Assembly: GCA_963719035.1 (NCBI GenBank)
Contig: CAVRAO010000002.1
Coordinates: 1 to 64,000, forward strand
Direction of reading: 5' to 3'
Origin: Methanobacteriota archaeon
GTDB lineage: Archaea > Halobacteriota > Bog-38 > Methanoflorentales > Methanoflorentaceae
DNA: 64,000 nucleotides
Shown here: piece by piece, positions 29,031-40,059 of the stretch
Layout: every line of letters starts with the position of its first letter
Numbering within the stretch: the stretch's first letter is position 1
The notes under the pieces: generated by a model
Told to the model about the DNA's origin: nothing
Seen by the model: only the letters and a program-made list of their open reading frames with translations
Databases searched by the model: none
Made by a program: the position numbers and the translations under genes

Positions 29031-29531
29031 ATGGAAGAATTTGGTACACGCATCGGCGAGGCATTGGTCGGCGAAATGCCGGAACTTGCGCATATTGACA
29101 TTGCGATTGGTCAAAAAGGAGGAGCATTTGAGACAGCATTCATCACAGCGCTCGCAACGCCGCGAATGGGACATACAGCCCTGCTTGCGATACTGGCGCC
29201 AAACTACGCTGTTAAGCCTGCGACGCTAATGGTAAATAAAGTGACCATAAAGGGCGAAGCGCAAGCAGAGCTCATGTTCGGGCCCGTCCAAGCAGCAATA
29301 GCTAAGGCAGTTCTCGATAGTGTTCAGGAACGAGTGATTCCAGCCGCTGCTGAGAACGAGCTGATGATCATCGCGTCAGTCTATATTAACGGAAATGCTG
29401 CAGACAAAAAGAAGCTATTTGAGTACAACTACGGAGCGACGAAGCTTGCGATTGGCAATGCTATGGGGCAATCGCCGACCGTTGACGAGCTATTAATGAA
29501 TAAGGATAAAGTTGTGCATCCTTTGATGTAG
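29031..29531 (+). CDS. fae: Formaldehyde-activating enzyme
   Basis: IGEALVGE..ELAHIDI, VKPATLMVNKVTIK, MFGPVQAA and NYGATKLAI motifs. Confidence 0.93.
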   Translation: MEEFGTRIGEALVGEMPELAHIDIAIGQKGGAFETAFITALATPRMGHTALLAILAPNYAVKPATLMVNKVTIKGEAQAELMFGPVQAAIAKAVLDSVQERVIPAAAENELMIIASVYINGNAADKKKLFEYNYGATKLAIGNAMGQSPTVDELLMNKDKVVHPLM

Positions 29532-29543
29532 GAAGATCAGCCA

Positions 29544-29885
29544 TTACGGGTAAAGGGCGATCCCTTCTGCTTCAATTAGCTCCCGATAACCGGGTTCTAT
29601 CTCGCCCTCCCATTTCAACACGACGTGCATTTCACGGTGAGGTTTGAGCGCCCTTACAATCCGGTAGACGTCTGAATAGAATTGCGTATGGTCGAAATCA
29701 CTCGAAAAAAGAAATACTAGGTCAATGTCGTACTCTTCTGGAAAAATGCCTTTTGCTATTGAACCGTACAGAATGATCGACTTTAAACTCGTTGGCGCCC
29801 AATCTTGGACAACTCTAAGAAATTCCTCTATTAAGTCTCGATCAGGTGCTGGAATAGCAAGTTTATCAAATTCGTGTTTGCGCAT
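29544..29885 (-). CDS. Minimal nucleotidyltransferase (MNT) domain protein
   Basis: ILYGSIAKG...YDIDL. Confidence 0.8.
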   Translation of the reverse strand: MRKHEFDKLAIPAPDRDLIEEFLRVVQDWAPTSLKSIILYGSIAKGIFPEEYDIDLVFLFSSDFDHTQFYSDVYRIVRALKPHREMHVVLKWEGEIEPGYRELIEAEGIALYP

Positions 29886-29932
29886 CTAAATCCTCAAAAT
29901 AGATTTTATCGTGTCTATGCGCTCTAACCGGA

Positions 29933-30556
29933 CTAGCGACGCTTTTCTTGCCTCTCCCGCCTTTCTAAAGCCATGTCCTTAAGCAAAAACGCGTCGTAGT
30001 TTTTTGTGTCGATGGTAAGGGTTTGGTCAAAACATTCTATAGCAGCGTCTAGTTCTCCAAGGCCAAGATAAAAACAACCGAGGTTGTTCCACGCCATCGT
30101 GTAACAAGGGTCCATCTCTATGGCTTTCTTTAGGTCCTGCATCCCTTCGGTATCGAGGCCGAGGTTGAATTCAGATAAGGCCCGGGCGTTAATCGCCTCT
30201 TTGTTTGTGGGATCGAGTCTTATGATTTGATCCAGTATACTTTTAGCCCCGCCAAAGTCGCTTTTGCTGTTCAACGCTATGGCTTTGTTGAGCTTGACGT
30301 GCAATGCATTTGGTCTGACTTCAAGGGCTTGGTCGTAACACTCAATCGCTTTTTCGAATTTGTTTAGAGCGAAAAGTGCCAGCCCTTTGTTATGAAGCGC
30401 TCTGAAGTTGTCCGGTACTTGCTTGAGAGCTGCATCGTAATGATGGATGGCCTCACCGAATTTCCCGTGTTTGAACTTATCGTCTGCTAGGTCGATCACG
30501 TGCGTGACATCCTTTTTTTGGAGTATTTCCCTCTTTTTAGCTCGATTTTTCAACAT
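29933..30556 (-). CDS. Tetratricopeptide repeat protein
   Basis: Multiple TPR motifs (ALHNKGLAL, AWNNLG). Confidence 0.9.
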   Translation of the reverse strand: MLKNRAKKREILQKKDVTHVIDLADDKFKHGKFGEAIHHYDAALKQVPDNFRALHNKGLALFALNKFEKAIECYDQALEVRPNALHVKLNKAIALNSKSDFGGAKSILDQIIRLDPTNKEAINARALSEFNLGLDTEGMQDLKKAIEMDPCYTMAWNNLGCFYLGLGELDAAIECFDQTLTIDTKNYDAFLLKDMALERRERQEKRR

Positions 30557-30744
30557 CGAACATCACATCGTAGCGCATTATCTAGACGCACAGGGTATCG
30601 AGCGTTTAGCTTTCCACTCCATTGAGAACGGAATATCCGCACACTATAAATAATACGTGATGCTCTAGAATATGTGTTTGCACGCCTGTCGGGTGCCAAA
30701 CGCGCACAGCAACAAGCGAATACGTCTTCCTTCAAATAGAGACG

Positions 30745-33111
30745 TTGTGCAACCGAGGTGAAGTACATACGAATTTAGGTTGGTTCAGAGATAAGCACGC
30801 AGAAAGGGCTGTAATGCTTTTTGTCGTGTTTGTCGTCGCTTTATATCTGCGAATTACGCTGCCGTACGCCAATTCGATTCAAGCCGGCAGCATAATGATT
30901 TCGGACTTTGATCCTTACTATCACCTTCGGATAGGTGAATATACAGTTCAGCATTTTCCAAACGTGCTTGCCTTCGATCCGTACGTGGACTTCCCTAACG
31001 GTTTTTGGATTGGCTGGCCGCCACTCTATGATTTTTTAGCATCGGCTTACGCGATGGTAGCCATGGCGCTCTTTCACGTTGACTATCAGGTCGGCGTAGC
31101 AACGTTTCCAGCAGTCTTAGGCGCCTTGGCAATTTTGCCCGTATATTATATAACTAAGCTCGTTTTCGACTGGAAGGCCGGCATTGTTGCAGCAGCGCTT
31201 CTTACGGTTATCCCAGCGAATCTCTTGCGTTCAATGGTGGGCAATCTTAATCACCACGTGGCTGCAGAGGTGCTCTTTCCAGCGTTGTTGCTGTTTTTTT
31301 TTATGCTCGCCCTCAAGGGCCAGCTCACGTTTCTTAAGGTTCGGAGTTTGGCCTTTACACGTGAAGACAAGAGAACACTGCTTTACACAGGATTGGCGGG
31401 CGTTTTTGTGACCGCGCTTCTGTTGACGTGGTTAGGGGGCTTCCTATTTCTTGGCATAATAGGGGCTTTTGCCATCGTCCAGTTCAGCATCTATCACTTG
31501 AAGCGCGAACGATCCGACAATCTTACCATTGTCTCGATGACAATGCTCATCGTATCGCTTGTTACGCTCCTACCGGTGAGTCTCACAAGCCATTTCGGAA
31601 CAACCATCGATACTTTGCACCTGTCCCTTTTTCAGCCGCTTCTATTAGCGGTTTTGCTCGTCATTTTCGGCTTATTTGGATTCCTCGCCTATTACCTCAG
31701 AAACGCACGTCGTGCGCTTTACCCATTGACGATCTGCGCACTGTTAATTGCCGGATTTTTAGGCTTCTATCTCTTACGGCCGGACCTCGCCACTACTGTA
31801 TTCACTGGATATGGATTTTTCACGCAAAGTGGCGTTTTGCAGACTATTTCGGAGGCGCAGCCATTGTTGTGGGGTTCAAGCGGCTTCCAGCTTAACACTG
31901 TTGCGAGCTATTTCCAAGTTCTCCTATTTGTTGCCATTATCGGCTTGGCGGTACTCGGATATCGTGTATACAAAAAGCAGGACGAAGCCGCATTGTTGCT
32001 GCTCGTTTGGAGCGTTTTTGCTTTTGCAATTACCGTTGTGCAGACACGTTTTACGTTTCTCTTGTCGGCAAATGTCGCAATCCTTTCCGGGTTCATGATA
32101 GTGTGGATTATGGACACTCTGGTCAGCAAGGCGTATGGAGTGTTATTCAACGTCCGCGATGTCGGGGCGCTCCGACACCTTTTCGGGCGTGAAATAAAAT
32201 ATACACAACTCATTGGCGTTTTTCTTATTGTGTTAGTCTTGCTCTTGCCAAGCATTAATGTGACCACAGCTTATGCAAAGAGCTCACAAGAGATATCGCC
32301 CGATTGGAAGGATTCACTGCTGTGGATGAGGGATAACACGACGCAAACATCGAACTTCAATGTGAGCTCTGACCAAATACCAGAATATGGCGTGCTTAGT
32401 TGGTGGGATTACGGTAACTGGATCATTTGGTTTGGTCATAGGCCTGCTGTTGCGAACAACTTCCAAACCGGCGTCAGCGATGCTGCGCAGTTCTTCACGA
32501 GCCAAAATGAGTCCGACACCGTCAGCATCGTCCAGAACCGCAACGTTAAGTACGTTATGACAGACTATGAAATCGCAGACTATAACGGCAAGTTTCAGGC
32601 TATCGCGTTACTCTCGGGGAAAGGAATTGATCCATTTATAACAACGCAACAATATTACACACAGAGTGGAACGATAGAGCAACAGCCTGCCCCAACAAAC
32701 GCTTATCACAACACAACGGTCGTTCGGTTACACTATTATGATGGGAACGGCTATAGTCACTATCGCTTGGTTCACGAATCCAACTCGTCCGTCGGTACGC
32801 TCGGTGGAACGGAAATCAAGTATGTGAAGACATTTGAGTACGTCAACGGCACAAAAATTAAGGTTACTGGTAACGGAAATACAACGCTATCGCTGAACGT
32901 TACAACAAATCAAAATAGGACCTTCAACTATACACAGAGCGCTTTCGTAAACGGTACTCACACGTTTATAGTGCCTTACTCGACAAACTGGACGTCCAAC
33001 GGCATGCAAACAGGCAATGCGTACAACGTAACCGTCGGAAACTCGACGAAATCGATTGCTGTAAGCGAAAGTGACGTTACTAGTGGAAAAGAGTTGAGCC
33101 TGAGTTTTTGA
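30745..33111 (+). CDS. aglB: Oligosaccharyltransferase AglB (STT3)
   Basis: DFDPYYH, TISEAQP and WWDYG motifs; many TM helices; start uncertain. Confidence 0.93.
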   Translation: MCNRGEVHTNLGWFRDKHAERAVMLFVVFVVALYLRITLPYANSIQAGSIMISDFDPYYHLRIGEYTVQHFPNVLAFDPYVDFPNGFWIGWPPLYDFLASAYAMVAMALFHVDYQVGVATFPAVLGALAILPVYYITKLVFDWKAGIVAAALLTVIPANLLRSMVGNLNHHVAAEVLFPALLLFFFMLALKGQLTFLKVRSLAFTREDKRTLLYTGLAGVFVTALLLTWLGGFLFLGIIGAFAIVQFSIYHLKRERSDNLTIVSMTMLIVSLVTLLPVSLTSHFGTTIDTLHLSLFQPLLLAVLLVIFGLFGFLAYYLRNARRALYPLTICALLIAGFLGFYLLRPDLATTVFTGYGFFTQSGVLQTISEAQPLLWGSSGFQLNTVASYFQVLLFVAIIGLAVLGYRVYKKQDEAALLLLVWSVFAFAITVVQTRFTFLLSANVAILSGFMIVWIMDTLVSKAYGVLFNVRDVGALRHLFGREIKYTQLIGVFLIVLVLLLPSINVTTAYAKSSQEISPDWKDSLLWMRDNTTQTSNFNVSSDQIPEYGVLSWWDYGNWIIWFGHRPAVANNFQTGVSDAAQFFTSQNESDTVSIVQNRNVKYVMTDYEIADYNGKFQAIALLSGKGIDPFITTQQYYTQSGTIEQQPAPTNAYHNTTVVRLHYYDGNGYSHYRLVHESNSSVGTLGGTEIKYVKTFEYVNGTKIKVTGNGNTTLSLNVTTNQNRTFNYTQSAFVNGTHTFIVPYSTNWTSNGMQTGNAYNVTVGNSTKSIAVSESDVTSGKELSLSF

Positions 33112-33204
33112 AACAAGCTACATCGCTCTAACCGGTCCTTCGGGATAGTTCGTCGCGTGATCAGCTCTTCCAAACAACTCCAATTTTTGAGAACATTGCC
33201 GCCC

Positions 33205-36111
33205 CTATTCAACGTATCGGATAGCCTCCGCGGGTGAAATTTTTGAGGCGTTTCTCACCGGAATTATCGTACATATCATGGCAGCTAAATAAACTGCCGT
33301 AAAAACTAGGGCAAGCTGAGCTATCGGTATAGTAAATGGCGCTTTCACGGATTGATTCAAGCTAAGGTAGATAGCGCCGGAGACGGCGAGTCCCGTCGCT
33401 AGCCCAACGAGCACGGCTAGGGTGATTGCTAAGAGTACTTCGAGTATGAGCGTCTTTTCCACGCGTCTTCGGGTAAAACCAATGGCCCGCATTATACCGA
33501 TTTCTTGGCGCCGTTCAATTGCTGACCGCGATGTGATAACGCCGACTGACGCCATTCCAATGATTAGTCCGAGGCCGAGACAGGTCGCTGTGAGCTGAAA
33601 CAGAAACTGGGTCTGTCTCATCGTTTGCAGAAGCTCATCACGTATCAGGTATGCGTTAATGCCCGCTATTTTGTAGCCCTTTTTGAGGTCATAGCTCAGG
33701 TCAATAGGTTTCATGCCGCTCTCCGACTTGATGAGAAACAAAGTGTCGCCCGTAATGGCGGGAAAATACTGCAGCATTTGTTGCTTACTCATGAATATCC
33801 CGTGGAGGTAGACTTCATCCAAAACGCCCGCGACGACCTTTCGCGTTGTTCCGTTTGCCGTCGCTACTGAAACGACGTCGCCCGCCTTTACTTGAGTGTC
33901 ATTGGCGCCGTAGAAGTAATTCGAATCGACAACGACATAACGCGGATTGTCCAGAGCGTTCCAAACGTCTTGAGACGAATTGAAGCCCGTCAAAGTGTCT
34001 TGGAAGCTATACTGCGAGTGCTTGGAGAAATTCGCATCAACTCCGTAGATCGTGCCTTCCCCAGATCCTTGGTTGTTCAGTTGCTGATCATTGATCGTCA
34101 TCCCGGTGACGTTCGTCGTGAAAAGTCCGTCATAGTAGCTGATTTCTGACTCGTTCAACAATGCAACCGGCGCCGTGCCTGACTGACCTGGCGTGAGTGA
34201 CTGTACTTGCAACATCGTCAAGTTTGCCAAAGGCGTTGTTGTCGTCACCCGAATGTCATATCCGCCTGTCTGCTTTTCGATATCTGGATTATATACAGCT
34301 GCCGTCACCGAAGTGAGGACGACAAGGAAGATGACAAGGGATACTATGATGACCGTCATTCTGAACTGTGATCGTTTTTGCAGACTGTAGGTGATGGCTA
34401 GCTTCAGCGAAGATTGAACGCCTGCAAATCTTCCCAACAACTTGGCGACTCCGTCCAGCCAGATGCTAGCGTTTGCCAGCACCACTAAAAGAGTCCCAAT
34501 CAAAAAAAGGGCCCCTAGAGCAGCAAAAACAAGCGTCGACGTAACATCGCCAAAATTAGCAGGGTTAGCTACAGCATTGTAGGCCGTATAGGTTATGAGA
34601 AGCGCTCCCGATATCGTCAGAGCCAACCGACGAGTGGCTACTTGCTGAACGATAAAAGCGAGGCCAGCTATAGCCAAAATCGGGGCTACAACGTGGACAA
34701 CAAGGGTGTCCTTCAACGTCGCATATGCTGCTAGACCACACGCCACCAGTGCAATCCCGAGTAGAACAGTGCCGATCGGCCTCTGCGACTTGTTAAGGGA
34801 TTGCTCAGTATTGTGAATCGCTCCTGCGATGCTTAGCCGGCTGATTTTTGAAGCAGACAGCGTTATGGTTAACATAGCTATGAGCGCGCTCACAAGAAAG
34901 GCAGCAACCAGATCTAAGAAATCGTAGTGCAGAGTGAGGGACGTTCCCACTAGATTCTCTCCATTAAATGCCACGTTGAGCACACTGAGTATACTAGCTC
35001 CGATGCCCACGCCTAGGACAGAGCCTATTGCCGCGCCGAACAACGCGGCAATTGTCCCCTCAAAGAAAAACAGCAGCACGAGATGCCTTCGCTTCATGCC
35101 TATTGCGCGGGCCAACCCCAGCTCGCTTTTACGTTCTTCGCCAAGAGTGACAAAGACGTTGACGATGAGGGTGCTGCTTGCTGCTACCGAGAGAACCGCA
35201 AGCACCATTAATAAGTTTGAGAAGAGGGCCCCTTCTTGTTGAGAAACGGTCAACGTATCCTGCTTGATTGCCTTAACGTCAAATCGCTCCGGCGAATCTG
35301 ACAAAGCTTTGGCCACGAGCTCTGACACATCGTTCGATTTTGCTACCCCTGATTCGGCAGTGCCTAGGTTTGATATTCTTATTTCGTTGATTTGGCCTTC
35401 GTTTTGAAAGACGACTTGAGCGGCGTCGAGCGTCACAAAGATATTTTTGTTTAATCCGTACAGGGCCTTTCCTTCATCTTTCGCAACGTGCTTCACAACG
35501 AACGTATAAGCCTTGTAGGAGGACTCATTTCCACCATAATAGATTGTCAGTTTGTCGCCTTCGTGCGCATTTAGGTCCTGAGCGAGTTTGTTGTTGATCA
35601 GCGCCTCTCCTCCGCGCAAGTCGCTCGCATTAGTTTGTGTGTTGTTAAGCAGCGAGAACTCCCCAAATTGGGTATCAGAGCTGAAGTTCAAACCGACCAG
35701 CGTTACTTGTGTCGAGGTGATTCCAGTAGTCACATCATCTACTGACGGCACCTGCCCGTACAGGCTTGCAGACAGGCCCTTTGTGTTATTAGCAATATCG
35801 GGGTTCGCAGCAAGCTTTTCGTAAACGGAAACGTTAAAGGGTTGACCGTTCAATGTGACAATTTCGTCAACGTTGCCGAGAGCATCGTACGTGGCCCTTA
35901 CTACCGCATAATTGAGGCTATTGCTTGCGACCAACGAGCCCGATATGATTGCAGTGCTTATGAGTAGCGCGGCGAAAACTATTGCTGCGCTTTTCGGACG
36001 TCGCGTAAGGTTTCTCACGCCGACTTTGAACATTGTCTTGTTTTTAATTGCCAGCAGCATCACTAATAGTAGGAGAGCAACGACCATAACGAAGGCAAGT
36101 TCTGAGTACAT
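33205..36111 (-). CDS. FtsX/MacB-type ABC transporter permease (duplicated domain)
   Basis: ERKSELGLARAIG and ERRQEIGIMRAIG. Confidence 0.9.
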   Translation of the reverse strand: MYSELAFVMVVALLLLVMLLAIKNKTMFKVGVRNLTRRPKSAAIVFAALLISTAIISGSLVASNSLNYAVVRATYDALGNVDEIVTLNGQPFNVSVYEKLAANPDIANNTKGLSASLYGQVPSVDDVTTGITSTQVTLVGLNFSSDTQFGEFSLLNNTQTNASDLRGGEALINNKLAQDLNAHEGDKLTIYYGGNESSYKAYTFVVKHVAKDEGKALYGLNKNIFVTLDAAQVVFQNEGQINEIRISNLGTAESGVAKSNDVSELVAKALSDSPERFDVKAIKQDTLTVSQQEGALFSNLLMVLAVLSVAASSTLIVNVFVTLGEERKSELGLARAIGMKRRHLVLLFFFEGTIAALFGAAIGSVLGVGIGASILSVLNVAFNGENLVGTSLTLHYDFLDLVAAFLVSALIAMLTITLSASKISRLSIAGAIHNTEQSLNKSQRPIGTVLLGIALVACGLAAYATLKDTLVVHVVAPILAIAGLAFIVQQVATRRLALTISGALLITYTAYNAVANPANFGDVTSTLVFAALGALFLIGTLLVVLANASIWLDGVAKLLGRFAGVQSSLKLAITYSLQKRSQFRMTVIIVSLVIFLVVLTSVTAAVYNPDIEKQTGGYDIRVTTTTPLANLTMLQVQSLTPGQSGTAPVALLNESEISYYDGLFTTNVTGMTINDQQLNNQGSGEGTIYGVDANFSKHSQYSFQDTLTGFNSSQDVWNALDNPRYVVVDSNYFYGANDTQVKAGDVVSVATANGTTRKVVAGVLDEVYLHGIFMSKQQMLQYFPAITGDTLFLIKSESGMKPIDLSYDLKKGYKIAGINAYLIRDELLQTMRQTQFLFQLTATCLGLGLIIGMASVGVITSRSAIERRQEIGIMRAIGFTRRRVEKTLILEVLLAITLAVLVGLATGLAVSGAIYLSLNQSVKAPFTIPIAQLALVFTAVYLAAMICTIIPVRNASKISPAEAIRYVE

Positions 36112-36140
36112 CTCGATTCCTAAATCTGAAGCTCGGGCAG

Positions 36141-36833
36141 CTAAATCGACGTCGCAGCGGATTCGGAGAGGATAGCCCCGTCTTTCATGGTGATTAACCG
36201 GTCGGCAGTCTTTGCAACGGACGGATCGTGAGTCACAATGACAAATGTCTGTCGATTGGTCGTATTAAGTCGTTTAAGGAGCGTAGTGATCTGATCGGCG
36301 CCCGTTGAATCTAAGTTGCCCGTTGGTTCATCAGCCCAAATGATCGCTGGACGATTGATGAGCGCCCGGGCGATCGCTACTTGCTGTTGTTGACCGCCGC
36401 TCAGTTCAGACGGCTTATGGTTTTCCCACTCGCTAAGTTCAACGTTTGCGAGCATCTCCAACGCTTGGACACGTGCCTCTTTCTCGCTTTTGCCTGCAAT
36501 CAAGAGTGGCAGCTCAACATTCTCAACTGCCGTCAGTACAGGGAGCAGATTAAACGCTTGGAAAACAAATCCCATCCTAGTTGCGCGGTATTCTGATAGC
36601 TCATTATCGTTCATCTGGGCGAGAGGGATCCCTTCAATTTTTACGACACCTGAGGTTGGATCATCGAGTCCTGACAGACAGTTAAGTAGGGTTGTCTTTC
36701 CGCAACCACTGGGGCCCATAATCGCCACCATATCACCCTTTTCAATTATGAGGTTGATATTTCTGAGCGCGTGGACTTTTATCCCATTCAACTCGTATAT
36801 CTTATGCACACTTTGGGCTTCTACCATTAGCAT
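36141..36833 (-). CDS. LolD/MacB-type ABC ATP-binding protein
   Basis: [13 protein letters not shown] and DEPTGNLD motifs. Confidence 0.95.
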   Translation of the reverse strand: MLMVEAQSVHKIYELNGIKVHALRNINLIIEKGDMVAIMGPSGCGKTTLLNCLSGLDDPTSGVVKIEGIPLAQMNDNELSEYRATRMGFVFQAFNLLPVLTAVENVELPLLIAGKSEKEARVQALEMLANVELSEWENHKPSELSGGQQQQVAIARALINRPAIIWADEPTGNLDSTGADQITTLLKRLNTTNRQTFVIVTHDPSVAKTADRLITMKDGAILSESAATSI

Positions 36834-37059
36834 GGTGGACTCCGTTTTTCCATCCGCTGGTTTTGAGCGGTGTTTATAATATCATCATAAGCTAGGTACT
36901 ATTGCACTTTAGGCATACACAGTGCTTTTTTTGCACACTTTATCGATAGGTAATTGATTAAATGCTTTATTTAGAGCTACCGGCAAACGTCTGTAACCTA
37001 TAAATATTATCGAATTATACCCCGAAGTAAGTCCCCGAAGAAACTAAACAGGCTACACG

Positions 37060-37653
37060 ATGAAAACCGCAAAGAACTTCTGCGTACCGTTCACTGAAGA
37101 ACGTTGGAGCAATTGGCTAGAGTGCGCAAAGCAAAGCGACTACAAAAATATGGACGAGACAGCAACAAAAGTCTTCATAGAGATGGAAGAAGACGTTATT
37201 ATCGCGTGCTGCAAGATTGTTAAAGGTTTTGAAATAGGCAAACTCACGCGGGAAGAATCTTTAGATGGTTTGCACGCCATCGAGACGATGACGGAGAAAA
37301 AAGCCAACACCGGTGACGGGGAGCTAGACGACCTAATCGGGCTCATCCAGGCTTCTCTAGTTGGGGCTTTTGTATCATTTGAAAGCTATGTAAAGGAGTC
37401 TTTTGCTGACAAACCTCCAATGGATGAGTTGATCAGAGAAGCGCTCGAACAAGAAAAAAAGGAGAATTTTGACTTGGCCCTAGCGATAGTCGGGAAAATA
37501 GGCGCGCGAGTGATCGCTGGAGAGACGCTTCACCAAGAAACCATTACGGAGTTGGAAGACAGTTACGTTGCCGAGTGGCTCGATGGGGTCGATTCGATTT
37601 CGGCTGCTATTGTGAGCTTGGTAGTGTACGATACCGGTGAGGAAACGACGTAG
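37060..37653 (+). CDS. DUF2150 family protein
   Basis: ERWSNW, MEEDVIIAC and EWLDGVDSI motifs. Confidence 0.8.
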   Translation: MKTAKNFCVPFTEERWSNWLECAKQSDYKNMDETATKVFIEMEEDVIIACCKIVKGFEIGKLTREESLDGLHAIETMTEKKANTGDGELDDLIGLIQASLVGAFVSFESYVKESFADKPPMDELIREALEQEKKENFDLALAIVGKIGARVIAGETLHQETITELEDSYVAEWLDGVDSISAAIVSLVVYDTGEETT

Positions 37654-37670
37654 GCGGCTTTTTAAGGCGT

Positions 37671-38837
37671 TTACGGGACTGATGGTAAGCTTTGTGGCGG
37701 AACCACCGATTTGAGCAATATTTCTGTTTTGCGCGCAACTGACTCCCATTGCCAGTATCGCTTAACAAGCGCAATACCTTGCGACTGTTTCATCGATATC
37801 TCTGTGGCTGACAGGTTTAAAAGCTCAGTCACGACCGATTTAATTTCGATGCTATCGCCAACATCGAAGAACTGAATCGTGCCCGAATCTCGGTCGACAA
37901 ACCTATGGGCCCCGATGTCGCTCGCGGCTACTAAGCAGCCTGATGCGAGACCTTCGAGAAGCGTTATCCCAAATCCCTCTACTGATGAAGCTGACACGAG
38001 GACTTTTGATCTTGCCAGAAGAGCCTTTTTGTCTGATTCTGATATCGCTCCCGCAAAAGAAATGTTCTTACCTCCATAATCCTTCTCAATTTTGCTTCGG
38101 AGTTTCCCGTCGCCTATGATGCGCGTGCGAATGCTCGAGTCAAACAAAGCGCCACACAAAATATCTACGTTCTTGTACGGCACATCGAGTCGGGCGATGC
38201 AAATGACGTCAATGTCTTTAACCCCAGTTCGATATTCATTCAGGTCGATTCCACATCCAGTCAACCTGATTTTGTGTCGTGGAACCCAATACTGCAACGT
38301 GTCTGAGCTTGCCTTTGAGATCGTTATCACGAGGGGGCAGGTCGAAGCGTAGTATAAACATACTCTTTCTAGAAGACTCCCTTGAATTCCCCTCGCCAAG
38401 CTGCCATTCTGCAAATCTCGCCACGCCGCTATCCCATTAGCTAAAGGCAAAGGTTGATAAATGTCGTAAACAAGTGGCACGACAGGCTTCTTAACGCGGC
38501 TTAGCAACGTCGACAACACCGGCACAAATGTTTGGGGTACAATAACGTCATACTTAGGCGAAAGTCGCCTCAATGCCCTAGATAATCGTATAGCATATCG
38601 CAGGTTTTCAGGACGCTGTGCGACGGTTTTTCCGTTATAGACGTTCTGTACGTCAAATGGGAAGAGACCCGCAGGATAAGAGGACTTAGGTATTTCTGAC
38701 GTAAGCACGGTTACGCGGTTGTTATTTGAAAGCTCACGAGCCAGTGCATAGGTGTTAATCTCACCCCCACCTTGAATTTGAAGTTCACCAGCCTCATCGC
38801 AGAAAGGAAAAAGCTCAGCAGCGAACAGAATCTTCAA
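37671..38837 (-). CDS. Glycosyltransferase family 4
   Basis: GGGE and EGFGITLLEGLASG motifs. Confidence 0.9.
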   Translation of the reverse strand: MKILFAAELFPFCDEAGELQIQGGGEINTYALARELSNNNRVTVLTSEIPKSSYPAGLFPFDVQNVYNGKTVAQRPENLRYAIRLSRALRRLSPKYDVIVPQTFVPVLSTLLSRVKKPVVPLVYDIYQPLPLANGIAAWRDLQNGSLARGIQGSLLERVCLYYASTCPLVITISKASSDTLQYWVPRHKIRLTGCGIDLNEYRTGVKDIDVICIARLDVPYKNVDILCGALFDSSIRTRIIGDGKLRSKIEKDYGGKNISFAGAISESDKKALLARSKVLVSASSVEGFGITLLEGLASGCLVAASDIGAHRFVDRDSGTIQFFDVGDSIEIKSVVTELLNLSATEISMKQSQGIALVKRYWQWESVARKTEILLKSVVPPQSLPSVP

Positions 38838-38973
38838 TTTATTGCCTCCGAGGGTTTCTATAGCAAAACCTTGAGTGTATTCCGTGAGTAATTAGAAGAC
38901 AACATAACTTTAAAAAGGTTATTAAGAGCCTCATGGATTAAAATAATAGACTCGCAACGAGAAATTCCGTGCA

Positions 38974-40053
38974 TTAAGTCACTGAGCGATAGACATCGTA
39001 TAATGTTTTGCACAAGGTGTTCCAATCAAAAGACGCCGCGCTCGCTTTTGCGGCTCGGTGCATTTGCTGTTTATCAATTGCAGACAGCGCTGATCGGATC
39101 TCGCCAATGGTTGGGGCTACTAGAAAACCATTCTCTCCCGGCGTGATTAGTGCCCTCGCCGCATTTTGCTGAACGTTGCTGGTGATGACGGGCGTACCGC
39201 ACGCGAGCGCTTCAAGGGCAACGATGCCGAAACCCTCACGAGAGGATGGCAGAACTAGTGAATTTGCAGCCTTCATTACGCTAATGAGGTCTGTGTAGGA
39301 CAAAGTGCGGACGAACCGCACTGTCGCGTTGACCTCTTTTGCTAGCTGCACGAGGTTCTCTCTTTCAGGACCGTCGCCGATGATACATAATGTAGCATCA
39401 GTGGGGAGAGCACGTATAAGTAGATCGACGTTTTTTTCACGAATTAGCCTTCCGACAAAAAGCGTATCAGCTGAAATCTCAGCAGGTGCGACTGAGTCTA
39501 TAAAGGCGAGATCTACACCATTTGGCACCAATACAGTATCTTTCTTAACTCGAACAAGATCTTCTTTGGTGACTTCAGAAACGGCTATAACTTTATCAGC
39601 TACCCTTAACGCAGCTTTCTCTGTGAGCTTGCCAAGCAATCCTATTTTGCCCAAGTATTCGTTCCAATAGTCGCCCCAGAACTCGTGCCACGTTATCACC
39701 AACGGAATACCTTTTAATCGAGAGATCAGCTTCGACGGAAAGCAGTGCAAATATGGAAATTGATTACAGTCAATAATGTCAAGATCATAAGTAGATAGAG
39801 GGCTTAGACTACCTGCAAAGCGCACTGCCTCTTGAAAAGATCTTCTCTCTCCGGCATACAGGCTGAGCGGCTTGCAGATGCCGTGTAAGTGTAATCCATC
39901 TAAATCGATATCCTTGTTACCGTCCCACCACTTTATGCCAAAAACGTGGACCTCGTCGTGAGCAGCAAGACGCCTCCCCAATTCGTAGATGCGCTTCTCA
40001 GCCCCTCCTATAACAAAAGGGTAGACAACGTCAGATACGTAAGCAATATTCAT
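38974..40053 (-). CDS. Glycosyltransferase family 4
   Basis: GGAEKR and EGFGIVALEALACG motifs. Confidence 0.92.
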   Translation of the reverse strand: MNIAYVSDVVYPFVIGGAEKRIYELGRRLAAHDEVHVFGIKWWDGNKDIDLDGLHLHGICKPLSLYAGERRSFQEAVRFAGSLSPLSTYDLDIIDCNQFPYLHCFPSKLISRLKGIPLVITWHEFWGDYWNEYLGKIGLLGKLTEKAALRVADKVIAVSEVTKEDLVRVKKDTVLVPNGVDLAFIDSVAPAEISADTLFVGRLIREKNVDLLIRALPTDATLCIIGDGPERENLVQLAKEVNATVRFVRTLSYTDLISVMKAANSLVLPSSREGFGIVALEALACGTPVITSNVQQNAARALITPGENGFLVAPTIGEIRSALSAIDKQQMHRAAKASAASFDWNTLCKTLYDVYRSVT

Positions 40054-40059
40054 CTTAGC

